64,000 bases of DNA from Octopus vulgaris (taxonomy: Eukaryota), in assembly GCA_951406725.2 (NCBI GenBank), contig OX597819.1:5456001-5520000 (forward strand), written 5' to 3'. The notes under the pieces were generated by a model. It was not told the DNA's origin. It searched no databases and saw only the letters and a list, made by a program, of their open reading frames with translations. Each line of letters starts with the position of its first letter. Positions within the stretch are counted from its first letter, which is position 1. A program made the translations under genes and the position numbers. This document shows positions 13,431-26,214 of this stretch, piece by piece.

Positions 13431-15307
13431 ATAATAAGGCTCCATTTTGCTCCGGATATAATTTTTCTGCCTGTTGTCGGGTGTGAAGAAAATTGTGTTT
13501 TTGAGGCGGCGTAGTCCGTCTACAAAAATTATTTTTGAAATTATCGTTGTGTTATCTACGGATTTACCAAGGATCATTTACCAAGGTGTTGTACCAACCA
13601 TATACTTGGCCTGGAGTACAATTTTTGGCCGAAAAAGTGAAAAAATTCCTTTGTCTGAATTTGAACTCTCTTTCTCTGCCTATCATTCATTTGTAAAAAA
13701 CTTTCTTTGAATTGCCATTTTAATTTTATTTCTTCCCTTCTGTTGCTTTTTTCATTCTCCTTTCTGTGTCTAATTTATTTTGTAACATTTTGAACTGTTT
13801 TTCTTAAGTTATGGCAAGGAATTTCACGGTGTGGGAATTAACACCTCCCAAAAAATATTTGAACGAACTTGAGGAAAAGACAGTGGTGCTGAGGACATAT
13901 TCGAAGTCTCTCGACACCATAATGGTCTTTCCGAAAGACACAATTATGAACGAGCTGGCAGACTATATGCCAGCCGTTAAACACATTCAACGGGGAGCCA
14001 AACACGCAACGATTTGGTTGCTGTTTGACTCTCCTAAAGCAGCTTGCGATTTCGCAAGTAAGCCCATTGAGGGCGACGAGATTCTGTTTCTCCCAAGCTA
14101 TAAGGGGAAAAATTGATACGTTTATGGGTCTGCGGCCTGCCGCCCGGCTTTGAGCCCGAGTGGGTGGAAGATTCCATCCGCCGGGGTCTGAGTGGTGGTA
14201 GCGCCAAGATCCTGAACGTAAGAATGCAACCTGCGGCTAACTGGGAAGGAGGAAAGGCTACTTTAACTCTGTGGACCCAGTCGGCCAAGAGTCTGGTTTT
14301 GCCGGACTTCCTAAAGATGGCCGGTTCTAAGTATCCGGTGATGCTAGAGGGACGCGCCCCCAAGTGTCACCTGTGCTCGGAGACCGGCCATATTAAGAAA
14401 AACTGCTCCAGGAACCAGAGTAGGATCCTGGAGAAGTTAATATTAGAGCCTCTCCCTGCCTCACCAATGGAGGGAGAGAAACAAAGCGAGGAGGGGGAAA
14501 ACCCTCCGCCAAAAGAAAAAGAAGAGTGGGAAGCAATGGCGACTCACAAAAGGACCCGAAAGCTCCGGGAGAGGAGAACCTGGTGCGCACAGCTCCGGAA
14601 CCTCAGCCTCCCGTGGCCCAGGGCCAAAAGAAAAGAAAAAGAAGAGAAACGGAGCCCCGCCGGCAGATTGCTACACGCAGACGGCGGTTCCCGAGTATCC
14701 CGGATCCTCTCAGGCGGGTGTGCTGCCTGAGGGACTATTTGTAGAAAATTTTGTGCTCCTCTTTTTCAAGGGAAAAAAGGTGGAAGACGCCGTAAGAAAA
14801 GTGCGAAAGAGAGGACATTGGGAGGTAATCCGGTCTTGTGTGGAAGGCCCCGAGTGGCCTTCGCAGTTAGCTGCGGGGGTCGTGGGAAGGGCTGATCTAC
14901 ACAGGATCGTGAGTTCCTGCCCGGCGGACTCTTTCCAGACTGTACCACTGGACTCCGGCCTGACCAGCGAGTATTGCCTCAATGAGGCAAGAGCAATGGT
15001 CGGCCGGGTCACTTAGGCAATGTAACATCCCTGTAACATATGGAAGAGGAGGTTCATTGCCTCCTCTAAAACATGTAATGTGAACATTTTGTAATTTTTT
15101 GAAATTGTTTGAATTTTTGAAATTTTTGAACTCTGTAAAACTATTGAAAAAAGAACATTGTTTTAGAGAAGCAAAAGTCGACGGGCGCTTCTGACTTCTC
15201 CCATCACCATCTTCATCCACCATTACCATAATCCATTAATGTCTGTGTCCAGCCCGGAGCTACCGCTACCTCTGCGTTATGCCCTAGTGGCAAATAATTG
15301 AAATAAA
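13431..15307 (+). mobile_element. ORF1-only L1/Tx1-like non-LTR element (HAL1-like architecture)
   Basis: 5' UTR, gag-like ORF1, T-rich 3' UTR ending in AATAAA; no endonuclease or RT between the boundaries set by the split SINE. Confidence 0.65.
13811..15016 (+). pseudogene. Non-LTR retrotransposon ORF1p (RRM-like region plus CCHC zinc knuckle), frameshifted
   Basis: ORFs 13811-14116 and 14113-14730 join at an A-run; IRLWVCGLPP..., EGRAPKCHLCSETGHIKKNC (CX2CX4HX4C); coding-like sequence continues to 15016. Confidence 0.8.
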
Positions 15308-15707
15308 GTAGTTTGCTAACCAACCACATGGTTCCGGGTTCAGTCCCACTGCGTGGCATCTTGAGCAAGTGTCTTCTGCTATAGCCCCAGGCCGACCAAA
15401 GCCTTGTGAGTGGATTTGGTAGACGGAAACTGAAAGAAGCCTGTCGTATATATGTATATATATATATAAGTGTGTGTGTGTGTATATGTGTGTATATGTG
15501 TGTGTTTGTGTGTTTGTCCCTCTAGCATTGCTTGACAACCGATGCTGGTGGGTTTACGTCCCCGTAACTTAGCGGTTCGGCAAAAGAGACCGATAGAATA
15601 AGTACTGGGCTTACAAAGAATAAGTCCCGGGGTCGATTTGCTCGACTAAAGGCGGTGCTCCAGCATGGCCGCAGTCAAATGACTGAAACAAGTAAAAGAG
15701 TAAAAGA

Positions 15708-15751
<44 letters not shown>

Positions 15752-16004
15752 TATATATATAAGAGACCAAAGTATATGTACGCCGCTAAATTTTTATATA
15801 TAAAAAAAAACAAAATGGGACTAGAACGCAAAACATACAGACAATTAGTTGATACAAAAAAGGGACAACAAAACATCCAGACAGACGATACAAAGAAAAC
15901 AAGGACAGGTTATTGGGAGTTTTCTTTCCTCAGTCGAGTTCCATGTTTAATTGTTTGTTGAGTTTATATAGGATACGTGTTCGATAAATGCTCTTTCTTT
16001 TATA

Positions 16005-16362
16005 TATATAAATAAAAAAGGCAGGCAACAGGTTGTTTAGCCACATACCGAAAAAATTAGAAATAGCAGTCAAAGACTGTTTGTTTCTGTTTCTACAAAT
16101 AAGATCCCACCACATACGACATATCCCTGTAATTCACATATGCAAAACAGAAGGAATAACTAAGGAAAACAAAGTCTAACAGTTAGACTTTGTTTTCCTT
16201 ATTTCTTCCTTCTGTTTTGCATATATGAATTACAGGGATATGTCGTATGTGGTGGGGTCTTATTTGTAGAAAACAGAAATAAACAGTCTTTGACTGCTAT
16301 TTCTAATTTTTTCGGTATGTGGCTAAACAACCTGTTGGCTGCCTACCTTTTTTTATTTATAT
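16005..16362. repeat. About 355-bp near-perfect palindrome centred on 16181
   Basis: ...AAAGTCTAAC-A-GTTAGACTTT...; arms of about 175 bp, TA-rich at both ends. Confidence 0.95.
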
Positions 16363-16480
16363 ACAAAATATATATTGAACTTTTATAGAAGTTCCTACCG
16401 TTAATGGTTATATTTACATGCCGAAATCTACCCGTAAATAATTGTGGGTGTTTTAAAAAACCATTAAAGGTATTATTTAC

Positions 16481-16521
<41 letters not shown>

Positions 16522-16624
16522 AATATATATATATATATATGTAAATATATATATATATATATATATGTAAATATATATATATATATATATGTAAATATAT
16601 ATATATATATATGTAAATATATAT

Positions 16625-16662
<38 letters not shown>

Positions 16663-16783
16663 GTAAATATATATATATATATATATATGTAAATATATAT
16701 ACTCTTTTACTCTTACTTGTTTCAGCCATCCGGCTGAGGCCATGCTGGGGCACCGCATGTAAATATATATATATATATATATG

Positions 16784-16835
<52 letters not shown>

Positions 16836-16953
16836 AATATATATTTGCATATATATTCATATATATTTGTATTTATATATATATATAGTCTTTTATTTCT
16901 CATTTTATAGGTGTATATAATAAAATGTATACACACACACACACACGCACATA

Positions 16954-16985
<32 letters not shown>

Positions 16986-16998
16986 CTGTATATATGTA

Positions 16999-17225
16999 TA
17001 TTTCTTTATTGTCCACAGGGGCTAAACATAGAGGGGACAAACAAGGACCGACAAACGGATTAAGTCGCTTGCATCGACCCCAGTGCGTAACTGGTACTTA
17101 TTTAATCGACCCCGAAAGGATGAAAGGCAAAGTCGACCTCGGCTGAATTTGAACTCAGAACGTAACGGCAGACGAAATACCGCTAAGCATTTCGTCCGGC
17201 GTGCTAACGTTTCTGCCAGCTCGCC
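16999..17225 (-). mobile_element. SINE family C
   Basis: Full head to tail. Confidence 0.9.
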
Positions 17226-17240
17226 TTGTCTATATATATA

Positions 17241-17642
17241 CTCTTTTACTCTTTTACTTGTTTCAGTCATTTGACTGCGGCCATGATGGAGCACCACCTT
17301 TAATCGAGCAAATCGACCCCGGGAGTTATTCTTTTGTAAGCCCAGTACTTATTCTATCGGTCTCTTTTGCCGAACCGCTAAGTAACGGGGACATAAGCAC
17401 GCCAGCATCGGTTGTCAAGCAATGCTAGGGGGACAAACACAGGCACACAAACACACACACGCACATATATATATATATACGACAGGCTTCTTTCAGTTTC
17501 CGTCTACCAAATCCACTCACAAGGCATTGGTCGGCCCGGGGCTATAGTAGAAGACACTTGCCCAAGGTGCCACGCAGTGGGACTAAACCCGGAACCATGC
17601 GGTTGGTTAGCAAGCTACTTACCACACAGCCACTCCTGCGCC
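17241..17642 (-). mobile_element. SINE family B, full length
   Basis: GGCGCAGGAGTGGCTGTGTGG head; (AGTAAAAG)n tail. Confidence 0.9.
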
Positions 17643-18011
17643 ATACGTGCATACATACATGTATATCTGCATTTCTATTTGGAAATATATCTTGTGCATG
17701 TGTACACTTGTGTATGTGTGTGTTGGTGCATAATGTTTAATCTTGTTACTAGATAAGCGATGCCTAGACAACCACCGAACTAGCAGCTCGGCAGTTCCTC
17801 TCGTCACTTGTTTTTTTCGTCTTTGTAAAAATGTTATTTTGTCTTTTGCGTATTTGTATTACGAAGTCTACTTTCTCTTTTCTAAGTTTCATTGTTTCTT
17901 TCTTCCTTTTACTTATTATTTTAGGTATGTATTGCTAACAGTAGCACTACCACCCCCAACGTCTCGACCAACAACCACCTACATCATTATAATCACCAGA
18001 AGATATATTTA

Positions 18012-18238
18012 TATTTCTTTATTGACCACAAGGGGCTAAACATAGAGGGGACAAACAAGAACAGACAAAGGGATTAAGTCGATTATATCGACCCCAGTGC
18101 GCAGCTGGTACTTTATTTATCGACCCCGAAAGGATGAAAGGCAAAGTCGACCTCGGCGGAATTTGAACTCACAACCTAACGACAGACGAAATACGGCTAC
18201 GCATTTCGCCCGGCGTGCTGACGTTTCTGCCAGCTCGC
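18012..18238 (-). mobile_element. SINE family C
   Basis: Full head to tail. Confidence 0.9.
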
Positions 18239-18369
18239 ACCAGAAGATAAAAATAACCAACGTCCTCAACAAAAAAAGGGGGGAAAAACAGAAAAGAAAA
18301 AAAGAAGAAAAGAGAAGAAAAAAAAAAGAAGAAAAGAGAAGAAAAAAAAATGAAGAGTTATCTTTGTGC

Positions 18370-18559
18370 TTTACTTGTTTCAGTCATTTGGCTGTGTCAA
18401 TGCTAGGGCACCGCCTTGAAGGTTTTTGTCGAACTAAATCCATCCCAGGACTTTTTCGAGTACTTGTTCTATTGGTCTCTTTTGCTGATCCGCTAAATTA
18501 CAGGGACGTAAATACATCAACACCGGTGGTCAAGCAGTGGTGGGAGACAAACACGCACG

Positions 18560-18590
<31 letters not shown>

Positions 18591-18758
18591 TTGTACGACG
18601 GGCTTCTTTCAGTTTCCATCAACCAAATGCACTCACAAGGCTTTGTTCGGCCTGAGGCTATAGTAGAAGACACTTGCCCAAGATGTCACGCAGTGGGAGT
18701 GAACCCGGAGCCATGTGGTTGGGAAGCAAGCTACTTATCACATTGCCATCTCTGCGCC
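18370..18758 (-). mobile_element. SINE family B (diverged)
   Basis: Homology to other copies. Confidence 0.8.
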
Positions 18759-19359
18759 TGTTTTAGTTATATTAATTCATTCTTCATATAAATCTCGGTG
18801 AGACCTTACGTTTTCCACAGTGGTGCTCCAGCATGACCACAGCCGCATGGTTGAAACAAGTAAAAGAGTATAGATAGTAGTGTGTGATTTGTAGGCCAAG
18901 CAACCGCATAGGCAACTTGTGGCCCGCCAGAGGATGAGCTGTTATGACTGTCTGGGCCTAAACGATGTATCTAGCTCACACACTTCGAATTACTACATAG
19001 CATCACACATCCAACCATAGTCCGCACAAGTGGTTCTCAACTGAGGTCCATATGACCCAGGGGTGGGGTCTATATAAGATTCTTAGGGGTCCACGAAACC
19101 AAAATAGTAAATTGGGGATCCACAGAAGTTTATTAAGTCTCATCTGGCCCACTTTCCGAAAAAGGTTGCGCACACGAAACATAAACACATGTTGTCTCAT
19201 TTACATAGTATAGTTTGCTTGGTGTTAGCAGTTGAACAACAAAACATTTGACGCGGTTTCAAGTATTGAAAGTTCCTGAGGTCAGTCGGTTCTTTTTTTT
19301 TTTCAGAGCTACCTAGTACAATGTTAAGCCACGTTTTCTTCGCAAGCGATACTGAACAA

Positions 19360-19590
19360 GGCGGCGAGCTGGCAGAAACGTTAGCACGCCGGGCGAAATG
19401 CGTAGCCGTATTTCGTCTGTCGTTACGCTGTGAGTTCAAATTCCGCCGAGGTCGACTTTGCCTTTCATCCTTTCGGGGTCGATTAAATAAGTACCAGTTA
19501 CGCACTGGGGTCGATGGAATCGACTTAATACCTATGTCTGTCCTTGTTTGTCCCCTCTATGTTTAACCCCTTGTGGGTAATAAAGAAATA
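19360..19590 (+). mobile_element. SINE family C
   Basis: GGCGGCGAGCTGGCAGAAACG head. Confidence 0.9.
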
Positions 19591-19727
19591 GATACTAAAC
19601 AGAGGTCGACAAAAATTAGGGTTATTTGGTACCGTACAAGACACTAAAAACAAACAGGATTGGATTTATCTTTCTTTCGAGAATAGTTGGTGCGTCTGTG
19701 CGTGTGCGTCTGTGTATGTGTGTGTGT

Positions 19728-19772
<45 letters not shown>

Positions 19773-19833
19773 CGTGTGTGTCTGTGTATGTGTGTGTGTG
19801 TATGTGTGCGTGTGCGTCGGTGTATGTGTGTGT

Positions 19834-19878
<45 letters not shown>

Positions 19879-19892
19879 GGATCCGTATATGG

Positions 19893-20245
19893 TAATGGTT
19901 CTCAATTGCTTTTTTTTTCCTTTTAGCTATGGACCCCTTTCTTTACTATTTTACTCTGGTGGACCCCCATCATTACTTGAAGTTTAAAAACCAATTTTGT
20001 AGAAACTTCTTTCAAAATACCTTTTTGGCTTCTCACACATTAACTTTTGTAGGCTGAGCTATGAAGAACGTTAGGGTGAGCGGTTTCTTGCTATAAATAC
20101 ATATAAAGCAAAGATTTTTTTTCATGGATCCTTGATATACTTCTGTGGATCCCCAATTTACTATTTTGGTTTCGTGGACCCCTAAGAATCTTATATAGAC
20201 CCCCCCCCACCCCTGGGTCATATGGACCTCAGTTGAGAACCACTT
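19893..20245. mobile_element. hAT/Charlie-like MITE relic
   Basis: Degenerate termini TAATGGTTCTCAA...TTGAGAACCACTT resembling CAGTGGTTCTCAA; internal GGACCCC repeats. Confidence 0.55.
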
Positions 20246-20418
20246 GTGCGGACAATGGTTGGATGGGTGATGCTACGTAGTAATTCGAAGTGTGTGAGCT
20301 AGATACATCTTTTAGGCCCAGACAGTCATAGCATTCGTCTTGTCTGTCTCTACCTGTCTGTATATTTGTCTGTCAGTGTCTACCTACCTGTCTGTCTGTC
20401 TTTCTGTCTGTATCTATC

Positions 20419-20452
<34 letters not shown>

Positions 20453-20683
20453 CGTGGTCTAGTCGTTAGGGTACAGCACTCGCGTTCGTAATCTCGTGGC
20501 TTCAAGTCTCAGATCCCTGATGCGTTTTGTTCTCGAGCGAGGCGCATCATTGCACGTTACTCTAATCCAGGGTTCTCCAAAGTGGTCGACATCAAGGGGT
20601 GGATTAATGCTTGGAAACTGCACATCTACTTTATTATTATTATTATTATTATCATTTATTTATTTATTTTCTTGCACTCCATA

Positions 20684-21090
20684 GGCGCAGGAGTGGCTGT
20701 GTGGTAAGTAGCTTGTTTACCAACCACATGGTTCCGGGTTCAGTCCCACTGCATGGCACCTTGGGCAAGTGTATTCTGCTATAGCCTCGGGCCGACCAAA
20801 GCCTTGTGAGTGGATTTTGTAGACGGAAACTGAAAGAAGCCCGTCGTATATATGGATATATATATAAGCGTGTGTGTGTTTGTGTGTCTGTGTTTGTCCC
20901 CCTAGCATTGCTTGACAACCGATGCTGGTGTGTTTATGTCCCTATCACTTAGCGGTTCGGCAAAAGAGACCGATAGAATAAGTACTGGGCTTACAAAAGA
21001 ATAAGTCCCGGGGTCGATTTGCTCGATTAAAGGCGGTGCTCCAGCATGGCCGCAGTCAAATGACTGAAACAAGTAAAAGAGTAAAAGAGT
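20684..21090 (+). mobile_element. SINE family B, full length
   Basis: Head to tail. Confidence 0.9.
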
Positions 21091-21959
21091 AAAGTGTATG
21101 CCTGGAAGTCGGTTGAGGGGTCAAGGATTCCATGAAGGGGTCCATTGTCTTAAAGGTTTGCAGTCCCCTGTTGTAAACTACCCAGCTGTAAATGGCTAAC
21201 CCTGATTGGCGATCCGAGTGAATGTGGACCTGCTCACCTTGCCTGTAGATCGGCATCATTCGAAGGTTACAACAATGCCGAGAAGCGAATAACTCACATT
21301 CTAGTCTCTACTTAAACATTGCTTCTCCACGAACTAATCATCTAAACTTCCTTATAGACCAGGTAAAAACTTGTTAAAATTGCTCCTTAAAAATAGAATT
21401 TACCTTTTTTAACTTAAAAACATATTTTCTTCCTGCATTAAATCAAGCAGTTTATAACATGCTATTCCTACACTCATCTAAGGGAATAGAAAAGAGACTT
21501 ATCTTAGGTGTTATCAATAACATATAATTTGATAACTTTACTAACATTTAATATTCTTTTCTACTCTAGGCACTTTGGGAGGGAGCCAGTCGATTAGATC
21601 GACCTCAGTACGCAACTGGTACTTAATTTATCGACCCCGAAAAGTTGAGAGGCAAAGTTGACCTCGGCGGAATTTGAACTCGGAACGTAAAGACAGACGA
21701 AACTAATATTTAATGTTACTTCCTCTATATACCATCATCCAAACCACCAATTCTAATCTATGACAAAAGTTTCTGTCTTCCTATCGACATTTTTGGGGAG
21801 GGGAACAGTACGCAACTGGTACTTAATTTATCGACCCCGAAAGGATGAAAGGCAATGTCGACCTCGGCGGAATTTGAATTCAGAACATGAAGAGAGACGA
21901 AATATTTTATTTACATTATTTAGATTTGACAGATATTTGTCCTCATCTTTTTTGTTGTT

Positions 21960-22005
21960 AACACAACGTTTCGGCTGATATACCCTCCAGCCTTCATCAG
22001 GTGTC
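21960..22005 (-). ncRNA. Minimal type-I hammerhead ribozyme motif
   Basis: GACAC-CTGATGA-aGGCTG-gagggtatat-CAGCC-GAAA-CG-TT-GTGTT (palindromic stem III AACGTT). Confidence 0.7.
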
Positions 22006-22035
22006 TTCTTCTTCTTCTTCTTCTTCTTCTTCTTC

Positions 22036-22182
22036 AGGTCACTGCCTGGAATCGAACTTGGAATCTTGGGGTTAGTAGTCCGCGCTTTTAACTACTACGC
22101 CATATGTCCGGGCATATGGCGTAGTGGTTAAGAGCGCGGGCTACTAACCTCAACATTCCGAGTTCGATTCCAACAGTGACCT
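22036..22182. mobile_element. Head-to-head palindromic dimer of a tRNA-like unit with (GAA)n and (CAA)n tails
   Basis: Right arm GGCATATGGCGTAGTGGTTAAGAGCG...GAGTTCGATTCC; left arm is its reverse complement; centre 22109/22110. Confidence 0.85.
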
Positions 22183-22459
22183 CAACAACAACAACAACAA
22201 CATTGTCAAGCAATGGAGGAAGGACAAACACAGACACAAATACACACACATAAACACAAAGACACACACACACACACACACACACATACAAAGACGACGG
22301 GCTTCTTTCAGTTTCTATTTAGCAAATCCACTCACAAGGCTTTGGTCGGCCCGAGGCTATAGTAGAAGATGCTTGCCCAAGGTGCCACGCAGTGGGACTG
22401 AACCCGGAAACATGTGGCTGGGAAGCCAGCTTCTTACCTCACAGCCACGCCTTGGTTTA

Positions 22460-22876
22460 CTCTTACTCTTTACTCTTTTACTTGTTTCAGTCATTTGACT
22501 ATGGCTATGCTGGAGCACCGCCTTTTTAATCGAGCAACTCGACCCTGGGACTTATTCCTTTGTAAGCCCAATACTTATTCCATCGGTCTCTTTTGCCGAA
22601 CCGCTATGTAACGGGGACATAAACACACCAGCATCGGTTGTCAAGCAATGCTAGGGGGACAAACACAGACACACAAACATATACACACACACACATACAT
22701 ATATACATATATACGACGGGCTTCTTTCAGTTTCCGTCTATCAAATCCACTCACAAGGCTTTGGTCGGCCCGAGGCTATAGTAGAAGACACTTGCCCAAG
22801 GTGCCACGCAGTGGGACTGAACCCGGAATCATGTGGTTGGTAAACAAGCTACTTACCACACAGCCACTCTTGCGCC
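22460..22876 (-). mobile_element. SINE family B, full length (a partial copy precedes it at about 22200-22452)
   Basis: Head to tail. Confidence 0.9.
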
Positions 22877-25128
22877 TATACTTTTTGAACATACGTCTGA
22901 TCAGTCATGATTGTGCTGGGGTTAAGCAGCAACAATAAGGGAGCAGCAACAACACAAGCAGTAATGGAACACAAAACGCTCAGAGATGAAACTCAGCACT
23001 TTTGATTCTGTCACTCACCCTGCTAGAAATAGCAACCAAATCTTTCACACCCTACTTTATGACCATCCTATGGGTCAATTTTGATTCCAGAGCTGTACAG
23101 TTTCTTCTACTCAGTACTAAACAAACGTTTATCGCAAAAAGAAAGTGTGTTTGTATACTAGATTCCTAAGGTTTTAGAAGACAGTTTCAGGTAGAATTAC
23201 GGTTGTTGTATTGAAATAACTTAGATAATGGATTTTTTCCCCTTTGTTTGTTTTAATGCGCCAGACTAGTTTGGTTGTCGTTATTAATAGCTACTGTCAT
23301 CGCAACCTTTCTTCTATTGCTACAATTAATTGGATGGTGTTGATAAGCTCTGCTCAAACAATACACTCGCCTGTCATCAGTTGTAGTATTTTGTTTGACA
23401 CCAGCATATAAAGCTATGCGGAAGAACAACTGTTGCCGAAAGTTTCGTATATCTCGCCATACATACATACGTACATACATACATACATACATACATACAT
23501 ACATACATACATACATACATACATACATACACACATACATACATACATACATACATTATATATGTATATATATGTGTTTAAACACAATATATATGGATGA
23601 CTGTATTACATCAACTGAAAATGCACTTTGTCTATTACGTGCATTATCTCAGACAATCATAATTTGTTTCCCATTTGTTTAGTCTCATTGAATATACCAG
23701 CTGCTACTCATAGTAGCCAAAACAGATGACATTGTTCTATCTCTTTTTCAAGACAGTAAGGTGTGATTTGAGAGAAATTTGGTTGCTGTTTCTAGTAGTC
23801 TATGATTCCTCATTGATCCTGGTGAATTTCTTTCCAGGTCGAAACTGCCAATGTCCTTTGGGGGGAAAAATAGGACAATATAAATTTCATTTTCTCCATC
23901 CATATAATGTTTTTATGTATGAGTAAACGTAAACAACAATGTCAGATAAACCCTCAAACGAACCCAGCGAGCAACAAGTTTTCTTCACTAATGACTCTAG
24001 TAATCTTTATAAGTGCATAACCATTTTGGAATCTCATTTTCCCTCCTTTACTAATAAGAGCTTTTCTACCCATGTAAGAAATCATTAATATTGGTTTCAA
24101 ATTTTGGCACAAGGCCAGAAATTTAGGGAGAGTGGTGAGTCGATTACATCGACTCCAGTGCTCAATTGGTACTTATTTATCAACCTCAAAAGAATGAAAG
24201 CAAAGTTGACCTCAGCGGAATTTGAACTCATAACGTAAAAACAAACGAAATGCCACTAAGAATTCTGTCAGCTCGCCGCCTTGCAAAGAAATCATTGATA
24301 TTAATCAACATTTGAGAGAGCGAATTAGCCCCATTTTTTTTTTTACCGATAGACAATACAAAACAACATAAAAGCTCCACGAGGCTCCGGCAGGGGATGG
24401 TGGTGATCCCTGCTGTACTCTTTCACCACAACATTCTCTCGCTCTTACTTCCTGTTTCAACCAAGCATCAGAAATTTTAGTTACGTCACTTTATACATTC
24501 TGAGTTGAAATTATCTTCCCTTTTATGTTGCCAGTCAAAATATTAGGAAGAATGGTTATTTAAAACACTTTTCCATCCTCCACAACTAGTGGTGTTTTGC
24601 TGTTATTAGAAATAAATGTAGGGCAATGGGTTGGCTAAATCATTAAAGCGTCGGACAAAAAAAAAAACAAAAACAAACTTTGTGGTATTTAGATATAACC
24701 CTTTACGTTTCGAGTTCTAATCTCTATGAGGTCAACTTTGCTTTTGATACTTCTAGGGTCGATAAAATAAAGTACCAACCTTCTGAGGTATTTTATCCCT
24801 CCCCAAAATAGTGGCCTTATTGTCCTATTAGAAACCAATATTATTGTTCGGAAGGTTGGGGGTAGTGGTAAAAACGGTAGAGAGGCGGATTAAAGGATTA
24901 AATACCTTGCAGCATAGTATTTGAGCTTCGTGCTTCTATGTTCTAAGGTTAACCTTCACTGATCTCCATCATTCTTCTGTGATTGATAAATGTGAGAGAT
25001 ATGCATAATGGATCAATTCAATCGATTCTATTAGAGAGCAGAAAGCAGTTAGCTCCCAGTGAGATGAATCTACGAACCGATTTCAATTTCTGGTCGTTGC
25101 TTTATCACTTCACATATATCTCCAATGT

Positions 25129-25490
25129 GTGGAGGCGCAATGGCCCAGTGGTTAGGGCAGTGGACTCGCGGTCCTAGGATCGCGGTTTCGATTCCCAGAC
25201 CGGGCGTTGTGAGTGTTTATTGAGCGAAAACACCTAAAAGCTCCACGAGGCTCCGGCAGGGGATGGTGGTGATCCCTGCTGTACTCTTTCACCACCACTT
25301 TCTCTCACTCTTACTTCCTGTTTCTGTTGTACCTGTATTTCAAGGGGCCGGCCTTGTCACTCTCTGTGTTACGCTGAATATCCCCGAGAACTACGTTAAG
25401 GGTACACGTGTCTGTGGAGTGTTCAGCCACTTACATGTTAATTTCACGAGCAGGCTGTTCCGTTGATTCGGAACCGACGGAGTGCTTCCA
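25129..25490 (+). mobile_element. SINE family A with a small 3' internal deletion
   Basis: A/B boxes, GAGTGCTTCCA end. Confidence 0.92.
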
Positions 25491-26214
25491 TTCCCATCTC
25501 AAGAAAGGCAATGGACATCGGAATCTTGTTACCCATCCTCGAAGAAGCCTGGCTTTTAGTCTAAACAAAATTCACAGATTGTTGGTAGCTATGAATACTA
25601 ATTGTATGAAATATTGCAAGAAGACACAGAATAACCATCATGTAAAAGTTTAAAGGAAAATCGGAATCTAATGAGCTCTCAATTCAGAACAGGAAGTTGT
25701 TGATGCTTAACCCAGATTATTTCGGATTGAGTAAATCCAGTCTCGACTACCATATCTAGATCTCTACAAAATAAAATAGTGAGTAATAGTATTATCCAAA
25801 GAATCCCTTTACTTACTAAAGATAACAGGGTGTTATTTGAGAAAGATTTTGGCTACTGTCACGTAATGGTCCAATCGTTGCTTACTACGCCAGAATGCTG
25901 AGTTAGCTGTAAAAATGTAGTCTAGCGCTGTACTGTTTCCATCACTTACTCACTCGCCTGCCTTTTATTGGTTAAATTGCTTTCTGATATCTAGTTCAAC
26001 TCTGCCTAATCTGATCTCATTGCTGAGTCGATTTTGCTTACAATCATTGAAGTGTTTGTCAAATATGTGCCAGCAATGTACTACAACTGATTTAATTATA
26101 TAGTCTTGTTCCTTCTTAAAGATGCATGACAACGGAGGAAATAGTAAAGGTGTTAGAAATAGGACTAGCTCTGTAGTTCATTTTGATTATTTTTCTCGAT
26201 TCATATATCTGCAA

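Larger units (their letters stand above)
13411..15709 (+). mobile_element. SINE family B split by a 1.9-kb insertion (head 13411-13430, remainder about 15307-15709)
   Basis: CGCAGGAGTGGCTGTGT.. resumes as ..AGTAGTTTGCTAACCAACCACATGG. Confidence 0.8.

Noticed and set aside
14100-14116. Programmed -1 frameshift in ORF1
   Set aside because: No in-frame canonical X XXY YYZ heptamer; a homopolymer indel is simpler
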